A stretch of 64,000 nucleotides of DNA from Proteobacteria bacterium UBA2136 (GTDB taxonomy: Bacteria; Pseudomonadota; Alphaproteobacteria; UBA2136). The DNA lies in NCBI GenBank assembly GCA_002328405.1, contig DCXM01000001.1, forward strand, positions 77,735-141,734, written 5' to 3'. Of this stretch, positions 1-11,259 are shown in pieces (position 1 is the first letter of the stretch; each line of letters starts with the position of its first letter). The notes under the pieces were generated by a model. That model did no database searches and was not told the origin of the DNA. It worked only from the letters and a program-made list of their open reading frames with translations. The position numbers and the translations under genes were made by a program.

Positions 1-372
1 AAACGGCGCACGATATTTCACCTTTTCCAAAACATCGTCTTTGCGGCGTTTGGATAAAGGAATAAGTGTGGACAGCTTTTCCATCACACCCTTTGGGTCT
101 GGACACTGTTCCGGGATAATCACCAATCGTGGTGAAGGTTTATCTCTTGCGAGAACCTGTGATTGACGGTCAAACAACACCCCTCTTTCAGGGCGGATTG
201 GGCGAATTTGAACACGGTTTTGTTCAGCCATTTTTTTATAGCGTGTACCAAGAACTTCCTGTAAATAATACATCCGCGCCACAAACGCAGGGAAAGGAAT
301 CGCCATAATCGCACCCACCAAAATGGTGCGACGGGAAATAATTCTGGTACGATTGCTGGAGCTTAAGTTCAT
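1..372 (-). CDS. mrdA: Penicillin-binding protein 2 (peptidoglycan D,D-transpeptidase MrdA), N-terminal part; gene continues beyond window start
   Basis: Minus-strand translation from ATG at 372 gives MNLSSSNRTRIISRRTILVGAIMAIPF...YYLQ, a typical PBP2 N-terminal TM anchor. It sits directly downstream of mreD in the classic mreBCD-mrdA order. The track ORF 120..314 is in a different frame. Confidence 0.7.
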   Translation of the reverse strand, partial: MNLSSSNRTRIISRRTILVGAIMAIPFPAFVARMYYLQEVLGTRYKKMAEQNRVQIRPIRPERGVLFDRQSQVLARDKPSPRLVIIPEQCPDPKGVMEKLSTLIPLSKRRKDDVLEKVKYRAPF

Positions 373-376
373 CAGG

Positions 377-883
377 CTAGTCCTTCATCAACTTATGCCG
401 CACCATTTCAAACCATTTTGCCAATAAAATAAAGGCAACCACAACAAACAGCCAGCTTACAATCACCCACAAATTAACGGGCAATTCAAGCAGCCACATC
501 ACCCCGCTCATCGCAGCCATCACCACAGCCATGTTAATGGCAAAACCAGTTACAATCATGGCAAAAGGGCTGTAAATAAGGGACTGCCTTTGAGAAAGCG
601 CCATATAATGCACCCCTAAAATAGCCAAGCCATGCAAGCCAAACGGCGTGCCAGCCAAGCCGTCTTCTAAAAGTGCAAGGGTTAAAGCCAGAATAATTGG
701 CGTGGCTGTTGGAATAAACAAGGCCCAGTAAAAAACACCCACTGGTAACAACCACATTTTAAAAACCAAGCCATCAAAAAACTCGCCCAAAATGTAACCC
801 AAAACAACCAATAAAAATAAAAATAGCGGAATTAAAAGGTTTAGCACTGGCTTATAATCCCTATTGGCTTGATTCATCGCCAT
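377..883 (-). CDS. mreD: Rod shape-determining protein MreD
   Basis: 168-aa polytopic membrane protein immediately downstream of mreC. Confidence 0.7.
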   Translation of the reverse strand: MAMNQANRDYKPVLNLLIPLFLFLLVVLGYILGEFFDGLVFKMWLLPVGVFYWALFIPTATPIILALTLALLEDGLAGTPFGLHGLAILGVHYMALSQRQSLIYSPFAMIVTGFAINMAVVMAAMSGVMWLLELPVNLWVIVSWLFVVVAFILLAKWFEMVRHKLMKD

Positions 884-884
884 G

Positions 885-1697
885 TTACAACACCCCTTCC
901 ATTGGTTGGCGCTGAATGGTCACAAAGTCAAGCTCGGAAAAATCCACATCCGGCTTAATATAAATCAACTTACCAACACTTTGAATAACACCCACAGGCA
1001 AGCCTTGTGGGAACAATCCATCAATGCCAGTTGTCACCACAAGCATACCTTCTTTTAAGGTCACATCCTCGTCTTCTGTAAACACCAGTTCTAAATTGTA
1101 ACTGTTGGTACCACGCACAATGCCACGTACGTTGCCTTCTAAAATTTTAACGGGAATGCGTGATGTAAAATCTGTGATTAGTAAAATTCGCGCCGTTTTG
1201 TCAAAAACTTCTAAAACGCGGCCAATCAAACCCTTTTCATTGATCACCACTTGTCCCTTTTCAACATCATCCACATCGCCAATATGGGCAATTAAAGTGT
1301 GGCTGAAAGCGCTTTTCTTATCGGATATCACGCGGCTGGTCAGCGGCTTTCCTTCAGCTTTTTTAACAGCGTTGAGCAACTGGCGTAAATTCCGGTTTTC
1401 ATTTTCTAAAATGGATAAGTCACGTACCAGCCTTTGCTTGTGTGAAAGTTCGTCTTTTAGAATTTTATTTTCTTCATAAACAGACACATGACCCGTGACA
1501 GATTCCTCAAACGAATCCACCCACTCACTTGGTTTTTTAACTGCTTGTAAAAAGGGTGCGCTTGCTTCAACCACAAAAGCCTGAAACGAGGCATTTAAAC
1601 CCGGAAACTGGATAGACAATACCATAAACAGCACACAAAAAAAGGCATAAAACCCAAATTGAATATTATACCTTTTTGAAATGCGTTGGTGTTGCAC
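885..1697 (-). CDS. mreC: Rod shape-determining protein MreC
   Basis: 270 aa with N-terminal TM helix, a coiled-coil segment (ENENRNLRQLL) and a beta-rich C-terminus, located between mreB and mreD. Confidence 0.85.
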   Translation of the reverse strand: MQHQRISKRYNIQFGFYAFFCVLFMVLSIQFPGLNASFQAFVVEASAPFLQAVKKPSEWVDSFEESVTGHVSVYEENKILKDELSHKQRLVRDLSILENENRNLRQLLNAVKKAEGKPLTSRVISDKKSAFSHTLIAHIGDVDDVEKGQVVINEKGLIGRVLEVFDKTARILLITDFTSRIPVKILEGNVRGIVRGTNSYNLELVFTEDEDVTLKEGMLVVTTGIDGLFPQGLPVGVIQSVGKLIYIKPDVDFSELDFVTIQRQPMEGVL

Positions 1698-1709
1698 GGT
1701 CTAACTTCC

Positions 1710-2768
<1,059 letters not shown>

Positions 2769-2855
2769 TTATATTATTTTTGTAAACTTCAACAACTATA
2801 TGTCAAAGTCAGTTAAATTGCTAGCGAATGTTATAGCCCTAAAGGGGGATATTTG

Positions 2856-3872
2856 TTAGCTTTTATTCACAAAGTTGCAAATTTGACCCAATTGACTTTG
2901 CGCATCGGCAACACTTTCAAAAATAAGATCTGCATTATACTGACCTTTCAACCATGTAAACTGCCTTTTAGCGTAATTACGCGTACTTTGCAGGATAGAT
3001 TCTTTTGCTTGCGCTTCAGTTATTTCACCTTTTTGATAAGCCAACAGATCTTTTGCGCCACAACTTTGCAAAGCATGGGCACAGGCATCAACATCATTAT
3101 TTATCAATGATTTAATCTCATCCATCAAACCCATCTCAACCATAACGTCATACCTTTTATGTATGCGATTGTAGAGCCATTCCCGATCAGGGTTTAAAGC
3201 CAGCTTTAAAATTTGTGCATCAAGGCCACCTTGTTTGGGCATTTTCTGCCATTCGCTCATTGTTTTTTTCGTTTGTTGATAAACCCCCAAAGCACGCACC
3301 ACACGTTGGGTATCATTTTCTTTAAGTTTAGTGGCCATCGCAGGGTCCACTGTTGCAAGCTGCTGATGTAGGTATGGCGTCCCCATCTCCAAAGATTGCT
3401 TGTTCAAGGTATTCAAAATATGATCATTTAAAGCGGGTAGTGGTGCAATACCCTCTTCCAAAACTTTCATGTAAAAGCCGGTGCCGCCACACAAAATGGG
3501 CAATTGACCTTGCGACCAAATATCCAACATTTCAGCCTTTACAAGGTTGACATATTTTTCAACGGTTATCTTTTCGTTTAAATTTAAAAAGTCGAACAAT
3601 CTGTGATCTGCTGCCGCAAATTCATCTGCTGTGGGCATGGCGGTAATGATTGGCATGTCTTTATAGACTTGTCGACTGTCCGCATTGATGATGACACCGT
3701 TTAACTTTTGCGCCAAAAAAATGGCCAACGACGTTTTACCCGACGCCGTTGGACCAAATAGAAAGATAGCCTTTCGATTACTCAGCTTCTTGCTCCTTTT
3801 TGAAAGCAACAAACAGTTTATCGCCACCACGCACCAAAAGCATAAGCAGTGACCTGCCTTCTTTTTCTTCAA
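2856..3872 (-). CDS. miaA: tRNA dimethylallyltransferase MiaA
   Basis: IFLFGPTASGKTSLA P-loop and overall MiaA similarity. The annotated ATG start overlaps the degP 3' end by about 95 nt, and a TTG start near 3809-3812 is possible. Confidence 0.85.
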   Translation of the reverse strand: MKKKKAGHCLCFWCVVAINCLLLSKRSKKLSNRKAIFLFGPTASGKTSLAIFLAQKLNGVIINADSRQVYKDMPIITAMPTADEFAAADHRLFDFLNLNEKITVEKYVNLVKAEMLDIWSQGQLPILCGGTGFYMKVLEEGIAPLPALNDHILNTLNKQSLEMGTPYLHQQLATVDPAMATKLKENDTQRVVRALGVYQQTKKTMSEWQKMPKQGGLDAQILKLALNPDREWLYNRIHKRYDVMVEMGLMDEIKSLINNDVDACAHALQSCGAKDLLAYQKGEITEAQAKESILQSTRNYAKRQFTWLKGQYNADLIFESVADAQSQLGQICNFVNKS

Positions 3873-5220
3873 TAGCCTTTTTTACGGCCGCAACAGTTTG
3901 AACAGGCTTTTTGTCCAGTTCAATAATCACATCTCCAGCACGAACACGGCTCATGTCTGCACGGGACCCACGTTCAACCGATGTAATCACAACACCTTCC
4001 ACATCGTCGCTTAAACCTAAAGCTTCACGCTCGTCATTGGTCAAAGGTGTTAAGGTCATCCCCGCCACTCCTGTTTCGGCATCTTCATCGTTCAGGTCAT
4101 TCATCGCAAGCGCGTCTTCATCTTCTTTAAGCTCTGCAATTTTAACTTGAAGGGTTCTAACTTTACCAGCACGCAACACAGTTACTTTCACTGTTTTATT
4201 CACCGCTGTTTCAGCAACCAGTTTTGGCAGCTCTGCCATGGCTTTAACTTTTTTACCATCGTAAGAAAGGATCAAGTCCCCTTCTTTAACACCCGCCTTT
4301 TCAGCAGGGCTGTCTTCCACAACAGCTGAAACCAAAGCACCTTCCGCTTCGTCTAAGTCCATTGCTTCTGCCAGTTCAGTCGTTACAGTTTGAATGCGCA
4401 CACCCAACCAACCACGAATGGGTCGGCCATGCTCCTTAATTTGCTCCACAATCAACTCAACAGTGTTAGAAGGCACGGCAAAACCAATGCCCTGACTGCC
4501 GCCTGTGCGGGAAAGGATGGCGGTGTTAATGCCAATAATTTCACCTTCTTTATTAAACAAAGGCCCGCCAGAGTTACCTGGGTTGATGGCCGCATCGGTT
4601 TGAATAAAATTGTCATAAGGACCTTGGTGAATGTTACGACCACGCGCACTGATGATGCCCGCAGTTACAGTACCACCCAAACCAAAAGGGTTGCCAATGG
4701 CAATGGCCCAGTCGCCCACTCGAATTTTTTCACTGTCACCCAATTTGGCAAATGGCAAATCTTCTGTGGAAGAAACTTTTAAAAGTGCAAGGTCGTTTTT
4801 AGGGTCCTTGCCCACCACTTCGGCTTTCAGTTCAGTGTCATCTTGCAGTTTAACCACCACGTCGTCAGCACGTGCAATAACATGGTTATTGGTTACAATG
4901 TAACCGTCTTTGCTAATAATCACACCAGAGCCGAGAGAATTTTGTGGTCTCGCTGGCATTTGTGGCCCACCAGGAATGCCACCAAAAAAGTCTTCAAAAA
5001 ACTTATCAAAGAAAGGGTCACCCGTAAAAGGTGAAGGTTGCTGGTTTTTACGCTTTACTTTTTTAGGCTTCACTGAAGTGGAAATGTTCACCACCGCTTG
5101 GGACTGTTTTTCAACCAAGTCGGCAAAGCTTTCTGGTACGAAAGAAATTGCAGAACTGGTGGCAACAACACCGCTTACCAAAAAAATAAAAGTTAAAACA
5201 AAAGCAAAAACACGTTTCAT
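3778..5220 (-). CDS. htrA: Periplasmic serine endoprotease DegP/HtrA family (trypsin domain plus two PDZ domains)
   Basis: Signal peptide, a GNSGGPL catalytic serine motif and PDZ repeats; the hflK-hflC-htrA synteny is typical of alphaproteobacteria. Confidence 0.9.
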   Translation of the reverse strand: MKRVFAFVLTFIFLVSGVVATSSAISFVPESFADLVEKQSQAVVNISTSVKPKKVKRKNQQPSPFTGDPFFDKFFEDFFGGIPGGPQMPARPQNSLGSGVIISKDGYIVTNNHVIARADDVVVKLQDDTELKAEVVGKDPKNDLALLKVSSTEDLPFAKLGDSEKIRVGDWAIAIGNPFGLGGTVTAGIISARGRNIHQGPYDNFIQTDAAINPGNSGGPLFNKEGEIIGINTAILSRTGGSQGIGFAVPSNTVELIVEQIKEHGRPIRGWLGVRIQTVTTELAEAMDLDEAEGALVSAVVEDSPAEKAGVKEGDLILSYDGKKVKAMAELPKLVAETAVNKTVKVTVLRAGKVRTLQVKIAELKEDEDALAMNDLNDEDAETGVAGMTLTPLTNDEREALGLSDDVEGVVITSVERGSRADMSRVRAGDVIIELDKKPVQTVAAVKKAIEEKEGRSLLMLLVRGGDKLFVAFKKEQEAE

Positions 5221-5248
5221 TGGTTAACCCCTTTTTCTTTTAATAAAT

Positions 5249-6112
5249 TTATTTTTCTAACTTGTTAAAGTGCCTGAAGTAATCAACCGATGGATCCAGA
5301 ACCATAAAAGTATCTTCGCCCTTCAAGCTGGAACGGTAGGCTTCAAGCGAACGTATAAAGCTGTAAAATTCAGCATCTTTGCTAAAGGCTTCTGCCGTAA
5401 TACGAATTGATTCCGCATCGCCTTCACCACGCAATTTTTGAGCGTCACGCTGGGCGTTTGCCAAAATAATGGTACGCTCTTTTTCAGCCGTCGCTTTAAT
5501 TTCTTGTGCCTTTTCAGCACCTTGCGCACGAATTTCCTTCGCTTCTTTGTTACGCTCTGCGTTCATACGTTGGTAAACAGCTTGGGAAATTTTTGCTGGC
5601 CAGTCCGCACGTTTAATGCGCACATCCACAATTTCCACACCCAAAGGCAATGCCTGCTGGCGAGAAGAAACCAAGATGTCCTGCATAATGCGGTCACGGT
5701 CGCCAGATACAATCTCCTTAGATGTGTACAAAGCCAACTTTTGACGCAAGTTCGAGTTCACAATAATGTCCAAACGCTTACGCGCGTCAGACTCTGTGCG
5801 CACCGCTTTATAGAACTGCCTTGCATCCACAATGCGCCAGCGGGTAAAGCTGTCCACCACCATGGGTTCTTTTAAAGATGACTGAATCTCTTCTGGTTTA
5901 GAGTCCGTTTCCATAATACGTTTATCAAGGAAAATAACATTTTGCACAAATGGCAGTTTATAGTTCAACCCCGGCTCGGAGATAACTTTACGCACCTCAC
6001 CCAATTGAATAACAATCGCTTGCTCTGTTTCGTGAACAGTGAACAAACTGTTTGCACCCACAATGGCGCCAATACCAAAAACGATGAAGAAAAGTGTTTG
6101 TTTAACGCTCAT
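5249..6112 (-). CDS. hflC: Protease modulator HflC (SPFH/band-7)
   Basis: 287 aa with an N-terminal TM helix and SPFH domain, adjacent to hflK. Confidence 0.85.
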   Translation of the reverse strand: MSVKQTLFFIVFGIGAIVGANSLFTVHETEQAIVIQLGEVRKVISEPGLNYKLPFVQNVIFLDKRIMETDSKPEEIQSSLKEPMVVDSFTRWRIVDARQFYKAVRTESDARKRLDIIVNSNLRQKLALYTSKEIVSGDRDRIMQDILVSSRQQALPLGVEIVDVRIKRADWPAKISQAVYQRMNAERNKEAKEIRAQGAEKAQEIKATAEKERTIILANAQRDAQKLRGEGDAESIRITAEAFSKDAEFYSFIRSLEAYRSSLKGEDTFMVLDPSVDYFRHFNKLEK

Positions 6113-6114
6113 GA

Positions 6115-7320
6115 TTATTTAGCTCCCTTTTGAGTGTTGATTGGCAGGTAAGGCAAAATACCGCCAGAGTTTTTATCGGTCATAATAACCTTGCGTGAAC
6201 CTTTCAGCACTTCTTCCATGTTTTCAAGGTACAAGCGTTTACGGGTAATGGCAGGCGCTTTAATATACTCAGCCAACTGAGATTCAAAACGCGCCGCGTT
6301 ACCTGTTGCTTCCGCAATTTTGGACTGTTTATAAGCTTCAGCCTCTTGCATCACTTGCGCCGCTTGACCACGTGCACGTGGTACAACATCATTGGCGTAA
6401 CCTGTGGCAAGGTCTTGCTCTTTTTCAGCGTCCGCTTTAGCGGCTTGAACATCACGGAAGGCATCCAAAACTTGTTTTGGTGGTTGCACCTGCTGAAGCT
6501 CTACGTTGTTAATGCGCATACCCAAGCCATATTCATCGGCAATTTTTTGGGTAAGCTGCAACGCTTCTTGCTCAATTTTAAGCTTGTTAGATGTAATCGC
6601 ATCGTCAATTGGGTAGCGACCAATCACTTCACGCACAGCACTTTCGGCTACGTTTTTAAGCGCTTCTACAGGGTCGTCCACTTTAAAGAGGTAATCCCTT
6701 GGGTTGGAAATAACCCAACGCACTGTAAAGTCAAGGTCAACAATGTTTTCATCACCCGTTAGCATTAAGGATTCTTGTGCAATGTCCACCACATTGTTGT
6801 TTGATAAGTCCTGATATGAACGGCGACCCGAACCAAAACCAGATGTTGGGAATGAACTTCTAAAGCCCACTTCCAAAATGTTTTCTCTGGTTACTTTTGG
6901 TTTAACCACCTGCTCAATTGGCCAAAGGTGGAAGTGTAAACCTTCGTTATTCGTTTCAATGTATTGACCAAAACGTGTGACAACGCCCTGCTCTTCTGGC
7001 TGAACAATATAAAAACATTGGTAAACCCAAAAACCAGCTGCCAAAATGGCACCGATAGAAAGTAAACCACCCATTGAACCTTCTGGCCCGCCGGAAGGAG
7101 GTCTTGACCCACCACCGTTACGGCCACCGCCCATCATGTCGCGCATACGGTCCTGCGCTTGGCGTAACATATCATCCAAGTCAGGCTCTTGCCCTGTTGG
7201 GTTTGTTTTTTTTGTTTGACGTCCGCTTGGTTTTTTGCCCCAAGGCCCGTCATTTTTGCTCATATAAAGAGGAGAAAATATATTCAAAAGTTTAGATGCC
7301 ATTCTTTGACTCTTTTTCAT
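6115..7320 (-). CDS. hflK: Protease modulator HflK (SPFH/band-7)
   Basis: Gly-rich N-terminus, TM helix and SPFH domain. The start may instead be the internal Met at about 7263. Confidence 0.85.
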   Translation of the reverse strand: MKKSQRMASKLLNIFSPLYMSKNDGPWGKKPSGRQTKKTNPTGQEPDLDDMLRQAQDRMRDMMGGGRNGGGSRPPSGGPEGSMGGLLSIGAILAAGFWVYQCFYIVQPEEQGVVTRFGQYIETNNEGLHFHLWPIEQVVKPKVTRENILEVGFRSSFPTSGFGSGRRSYQDLSNNNVVDIAQESLMLTGDENIVDLDFTVRWVISNPRDYLFKVDDPVEALKNVAESAVREVIGRYPIDDAITSNKLKIEQEALQLTQKIADEYGLGMRINNVELQQVQPPKQVLDAFRDVQAAKADAEKEQDLATGYANDVVPRARGQAAQVMQEAEAYKQSKIAEATGNAARFESQLAEYIKAPAITRKRLYLENMEEVLKGSRKVIMTDKNSGGILPYLPINTQKGAK

Positions 7321-7447
7321 TGTTTTTAATTGCTAGCGTTATCACTTTAATTAACAGTGCCAACCACGTCAAGAATTGATAAAATAAAATTATGCAAAAT
7401 TTCATTTTGTGTTAACGTTATTCAAAAATAAAATCAAGTAAGGTGTT

Positions 7448-8344
7448 TTGATGAAAGGTATTATTCTTGCTGGCGGCTCTGGCACACGCATGCGCCCCAT
7501 GACAAAAGCAACAAACAAGCATTTTTTACCCGTTTATGATAAACCGATGATTTACTACCCACTTGCCACGTTAATGCTGGCTCACATTCGGGACATTTTA
7601 ATTATATGTAACCCTTGCGACCTTGATGATTTTAAACAAATGCTGGGTGATGGTAGCCAGTGGGGAATTAAAATTTCATACACCACACAACAAAAAGCCA
7701 ATGGCATTGCAGAAGCCTTTATTATTGGGGAAGAATTTATCGGCGATGACAAAGTGGCCTTAATTCTAGGCGACAACATCTTCTTTGGCCATGGTTTTAG
7801 CGAAAGCCTAAAAAAAGCAGCACAAAATGATGATGCCACCGTATTTGGATTTTATGTGCGTGACCCTTCTGCCTTCGGTGTTGCCAAACTTGATAAAACA
7901 AACAGCTGCATCCTAGACTTGGTAGAAAAACCAACTGAATACGTCTCTCATTACGCAATCCCCGGCCTTTATTTTTACGGCCCCGAAGTGGTGGAAATTG
8001 CCAAATCTCTAAAACCGTCCCCAAGAGGTGAGCTTGAAATTACCGATTTAAACAAACTTTACCTAAAAGACCGTACCCTCAACTTCATTGAACTGAGGAG
8101 AGGTTTTGCATGGTTTGACGGCGGTAGCCCTGATGCAATGTTAGACGCTTCTAATTATGTTTCCATGGTAGACAAACGCCAAGGCCTGCGCATTGGTTGC
8201 CCAGAGGAAGTTGCCTTCCGTTATGGCTGGATCTCCGATGAAGAATTTTTAAAACTTGCGGACGAACTTTCCACCAGCGGTTACGGTCAATATTTAAAAG
8301 AGGTTGCAGGCATTGTCGCAGAGGAGCGACAGCGTAAAGTTTAA
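7448..8344 (+). CDS. rmlA: Glucose-1-phosphate thymidylyltransferase RmlA
   Basis: GIILAGGSGTR...PMIYYPL motifs and an AAGGTG RBS upstream. Confidence 0.9.
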   Translation: MMKGIILAGGSGTRMRPMTKATNKHFLPVYDKPMIYYPLATLMLAHIRDILIICNPCDLDDFKQMLGDGSQWGIKISYTTQQKANGIAEAFIIGEEFIGDDKVALILGDNIFFGHGFSESLKKAAQNDDATVFGFYVRDPSAFGVAKLDKTNSCILDLVEKPTEYVSHYAIPGLYFYGPEVVEIAKSLKPSPRGELEITDLNKLYLKDRTLNFIELRRGFAWFDGGSPDAMLDASNYVSMVDKRQGLRIGCPEEVAFRYGWISDEEFLKLADELSTSGYGQYLKEVAGIVAEERQRKV

Positions 8345-8397
8345 GGTTAAAGGCTTTGCTTTTGCAATAACCCGCCTCCCACAAACATGCGTTGAAA

Positions 8398-9126
8398 TTA
8401 CTTTTTCTGCGCTACGAGCATAAAACCAAAATGCAGGTCCGTCTCTTTTTTACAGGTCACTGCTTTAAACTTTAGGTAAGGTGCTGCAAAGACAAAAATT
8501 GTTAAATAAAGAGCCTTACCAATCAAACCGTCTACATGCTCATATGACCTTTTGTATTCTTGAAATACATGTGTAAACGCATTACCGTTTTTATCCAAGC
8601 GTAAAATATCCATGCCATTTTTTTCACACATATATTTAAAATAATCTTCAGAAAAACCAGAATAAAAAAAGTAAGGCTGCATGTGTGGTAAACAAGCGTA
8701 TGGTGCAGTTAAAATAACTTTACCACCACTTTTCAATAGACGTGAAAATTCAGCCAATGTTTCATTCGGGTATGGAATATGCTCAATAACCTCAGTGCAC
8801 AAAATGGCATCAAATGTCCCATCTTTTTCTGGTATATCCCAAATGTCCGACGTGTAATCAAGCTTAGTGTAATGCCAATCTTCACCATTTTGCATGCCAG
8901 AGCCATTGCCCTTTCCGTCATATGCGCCAAAGTCCTGCGTTTTACATTTTAAATGCTTATAAAACTTTTTATATGGCTGTGGCCCACAACCTGCATCCAA
9001 TAAAAGTTGACCATCCCCCAACAAAGACAATTGTTTTTCAACCCATTGCTCGCGTGCCACTTCTGGGTTGTCGATACAATATAGTGCACTTTTTAGTTCC
9101 TGATAAATCTTTTGAATAAAATTCAT
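8398..9126 (-). CDS. Class I SAM-dependent methyltransferase (O-antigen modification candidate)
   Basis: LLDAGCGPQPY motif I, 242 aa, and an AT-rich codon composition like the rest of the sugar cluster. Confidence 0.6.
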   Translation of the reverse strand: MNFIQKIYQELKSALYCIDNPEVAREQWVEKQLSLLGDGQLLLDAGCGPQPYKKFYKHLKCKTQDFGAYDGKGNGSGMQNGEDWHYTKLDYTSDIWDIPEKDGTFDAILCTEVIEHIPYPNETLAEFSRLLKSGGKVILTAPYACLPHMQPYFFYSGFSEDYFKYMCEKNGMDILRLDKNGNAFTHVFQEYKRSYEHVDGLIGKALYLTIFVFAAPYLKFKAVTCKKETDLHFGFMLVAQKK

Positions 9127-9129
9127 AAA

Positions 9130-9894
9130 CTATTTTTCCATTTTATAAATTACAGTACCACTGCCAAACACTTTACTTAAAAGACGTGCAGATTTAAATG
9201 TAAGCCCCACCACATTGTTTGCATAAAAGAGCCCGCTTGATCTGCTTTCTAAATTTTTCCACCCTGCACGCTTAAAATGACCAAGCCAGAAGCGTGAACT
9301 AAAATAATAAATCTCAGTTAATTTATTGCCACGCTCACCATGGCGTCTTGCCATAAGCGTATCAGAAATTAGACTTAGCGGCGTATGATTGACAACTTTT
9401 GGCGAATGATGACCTGGTATTTTCGCTTGAACTTTACGACTTAAAGGCAAACGTCTTGCAATAAAAGTTGCCACTTGATAAGGCAAGTAAATATAGTGCA
9501 ACAAAATGGTAAAAATACGCCAGCTTGCACTTGGCAATACATGAATTGCCACACCATTTGGCTTTAACACACGCAAAATTTCTTTTTCAATGTCATCAAT
9601 ATTTTGAACGTGTTCTAACACGTTTGATGAAAAAACAACGTCGAAGCTTTCATCTTCATATGGTAAGTTTTTACCATCGTAATATTGAATATTCTCAAGC
9701 TTGTTTGGTGAGCAACTGCCGTCCTCAACATCCACACCCACGGCGCTTTTACATATTTTTTTTAAATACTTTAACTGGAAGCCATCACCTGAACCCAGCT
9801 CTAAAAGATCTTTACCATTAATCAGGTTTTGATACTGCTCTAAAACAACATCAAGTTCATATTTCCGAATTTGCTCTATCCCCAAAAGCTTCAA
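9130..9894 (-). CDS. Class I SAM-dependent methyltransferase
   Basis: LELGSGDGFQ motif I and a DVVFSSNVLEHV motif; 3-nt spacing to the next gene. Confidence 0.6.
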   Translation of the reverse strand: MKLLGIEQIRKYELDVVLEQYQNLINGKDLLELGSGDGFQLKYLKKICKSAVGVDVEDGSCSPNKLENIQYYDGKNLPYEDESFDVVFSSNVLEHVQNIDDIEKEILRVLKPNGVAIHVLPSASWRIFTILLHYIYLPYQVATFIARRLPLSRKVQAKIPGHHSPKVVNHTPLSLISDTLMARRHGERGNKLTEIYYFSSRFWLGHFKRAGWKNLESRSSGLFYANNVVGLTFKSARLLSKVFGSGTVIYKMEK

Positions 9895-9960
9895 AGTTTA
9901 AACACCTTTTAATTTTTTAAACATCATACAACAGAAACTTTAACATGTGTAATGGTAAAA

Positions 9961-11259
9961 CTAGTTAAGTTTTTTAAGCTCTTTTAAAACAAGGTAAAAT
10001 TTCGCTACGTCTGTCAGAATGTAACCCAACATAATGGCAAGCAGCAAGCCTTCCATGCCATATGCAATTGTTAAACCTACCTTAAGTCCTACAGAAATTG
10101 TAAAAGTCACAGCTTCATAAGCCGTTGCCTTATCACCTTCATTTAATGAAAGCAACAGGCATTGCAGCACAAGATTGATAGGTTTTAAGCAAACAAACGA
10201 AAATAAAACATACATGGTCATCCGCAACATCGGCACCATATCTTCAGGCAGTTTATCCCCCATCACCCAAACAAATGTCATCTCACCAATCCAGTAAACA
10301 CCCACAAATGCACACAAACTTATGGTGGATAAAATGGCAATATAGCGATAAAGAATAGGCTTCAACTCATGCACCTTGCCGTCTTTTATAAAATTGGAAA
10401 AAACGGTCATACTGGGCACACCAATAACCGAGTTGATCACGCTGACAAATGCACCGTAAACACGTTGAACAAACCCGATGATAGACACAAAACCAGGCAT
10501 TAAATAAGACGCAATGTATTTTTCCACCACCTCGTCGGTTTTAAAATAGAAAGACCCCATTAAAATGTACTTAACCCGTCGGATGATTTCATAAAACATC
10601 TGCTTATCAAAGGCCATAAACGGTTTAATTTTTTTGCCAAAAATAACCAGCATCCAAATTAAAATAAACAACTTCATCACCAGTTGATTAAAAGCCGCTA
10701 CCACCACACCCAGTGTGTCAATCAAAGCGTAAACAAACAACAGCCCAACCAAACTAGCCCCCGCCATCGCTCCATTGAAGAGAATATATCTATTTTGTTC
10801 CTGCAAATATGCGGTAAACACCACCAACAAACTATCCACCATAAAAGCGGCAACCAGCACAGCCTGCACTGTGTAAATTGTTGTCATGCTGACGGTGTTA
10901 AGGTAGTTGGCAAATACAACCTCCGCCCACAGTGGCAATGTTAAAGCAACAAAGATACCCAGTGGTAAGGTAAGACATGCAACGGTAACAAAAAAACGAC
11001 CTTCTTTATTTTCACCCCGATGCTGAATGAGATAAGGTGCCGCCACCGAAGCCAGTGACCAGTTGATGCTTGAATATAAAAAAGCAAAAACAGCCATGGC
11101 AATGTAATAAACATCCAGTTCAGCTCCGACACCGACTTTACGGATCACCAAAATGCTGACCAGAAAGTTTAAAACCACCTGAATGGCTGACAACTTGGCC
11201 AGCACCAGTTTTGATTTCTGATTTTTAATCAATTCAAACAATTTAACCATGGTCAACAC
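9961..11259 (-). CDS. Polysaccharide (O-antigen) flippase, Wzx/MOP family
   Basis: 432 aa, about 12 predicted TM helices, lying inside the sugar cluster. Confidence 0.55.
   Translation of the reverse strand: MLTMVKLFELIKNQKSKLVLAKLSAIQVVLNFLVSILVIRKVGVGAELDVYYIAMAVFAFLYSSINWSLASVAAPYLIQHRGENKEGRFFVTVACLTLPLGIFVALTLPLWAEVVFANYLNTVSMTTIYTVQAVLVAAFMVDSLLVVFTAYLQEQNRYILFNGAMAGASLVGLLFVYALIDTLGVVVAAFNQLVMKLFILIWMLVIFGKKIKPFMAFDKQMFYEIIRRVKYILMGSFYFKTDEVVEKYIASYLMPGFVSIIGFVQRVYGAFVSVINSVIGVPSMTVFSNFIKDGKVHELKPILYRYIAILSTISLCAFVGVYWIGEMTFVWVMGDKLPEDMVPMLRMTMYVLFSFVCLKPINLVLQCLLLSLNEGDKATAYEAVTFTISVGLKVGLTIAYGMEGLLLAIMLGYILTDVAKFYLVLKELKKLN

Noticed and set aside
120-314. 64-aa minus-strand ORF from the track
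   Set aside because: It is in a different frame from the clear PBP2 (mrdA) N-terminal reading frame, which starts at ATG 372 and runs out of the window, so it is an overlapping spurious ORF.
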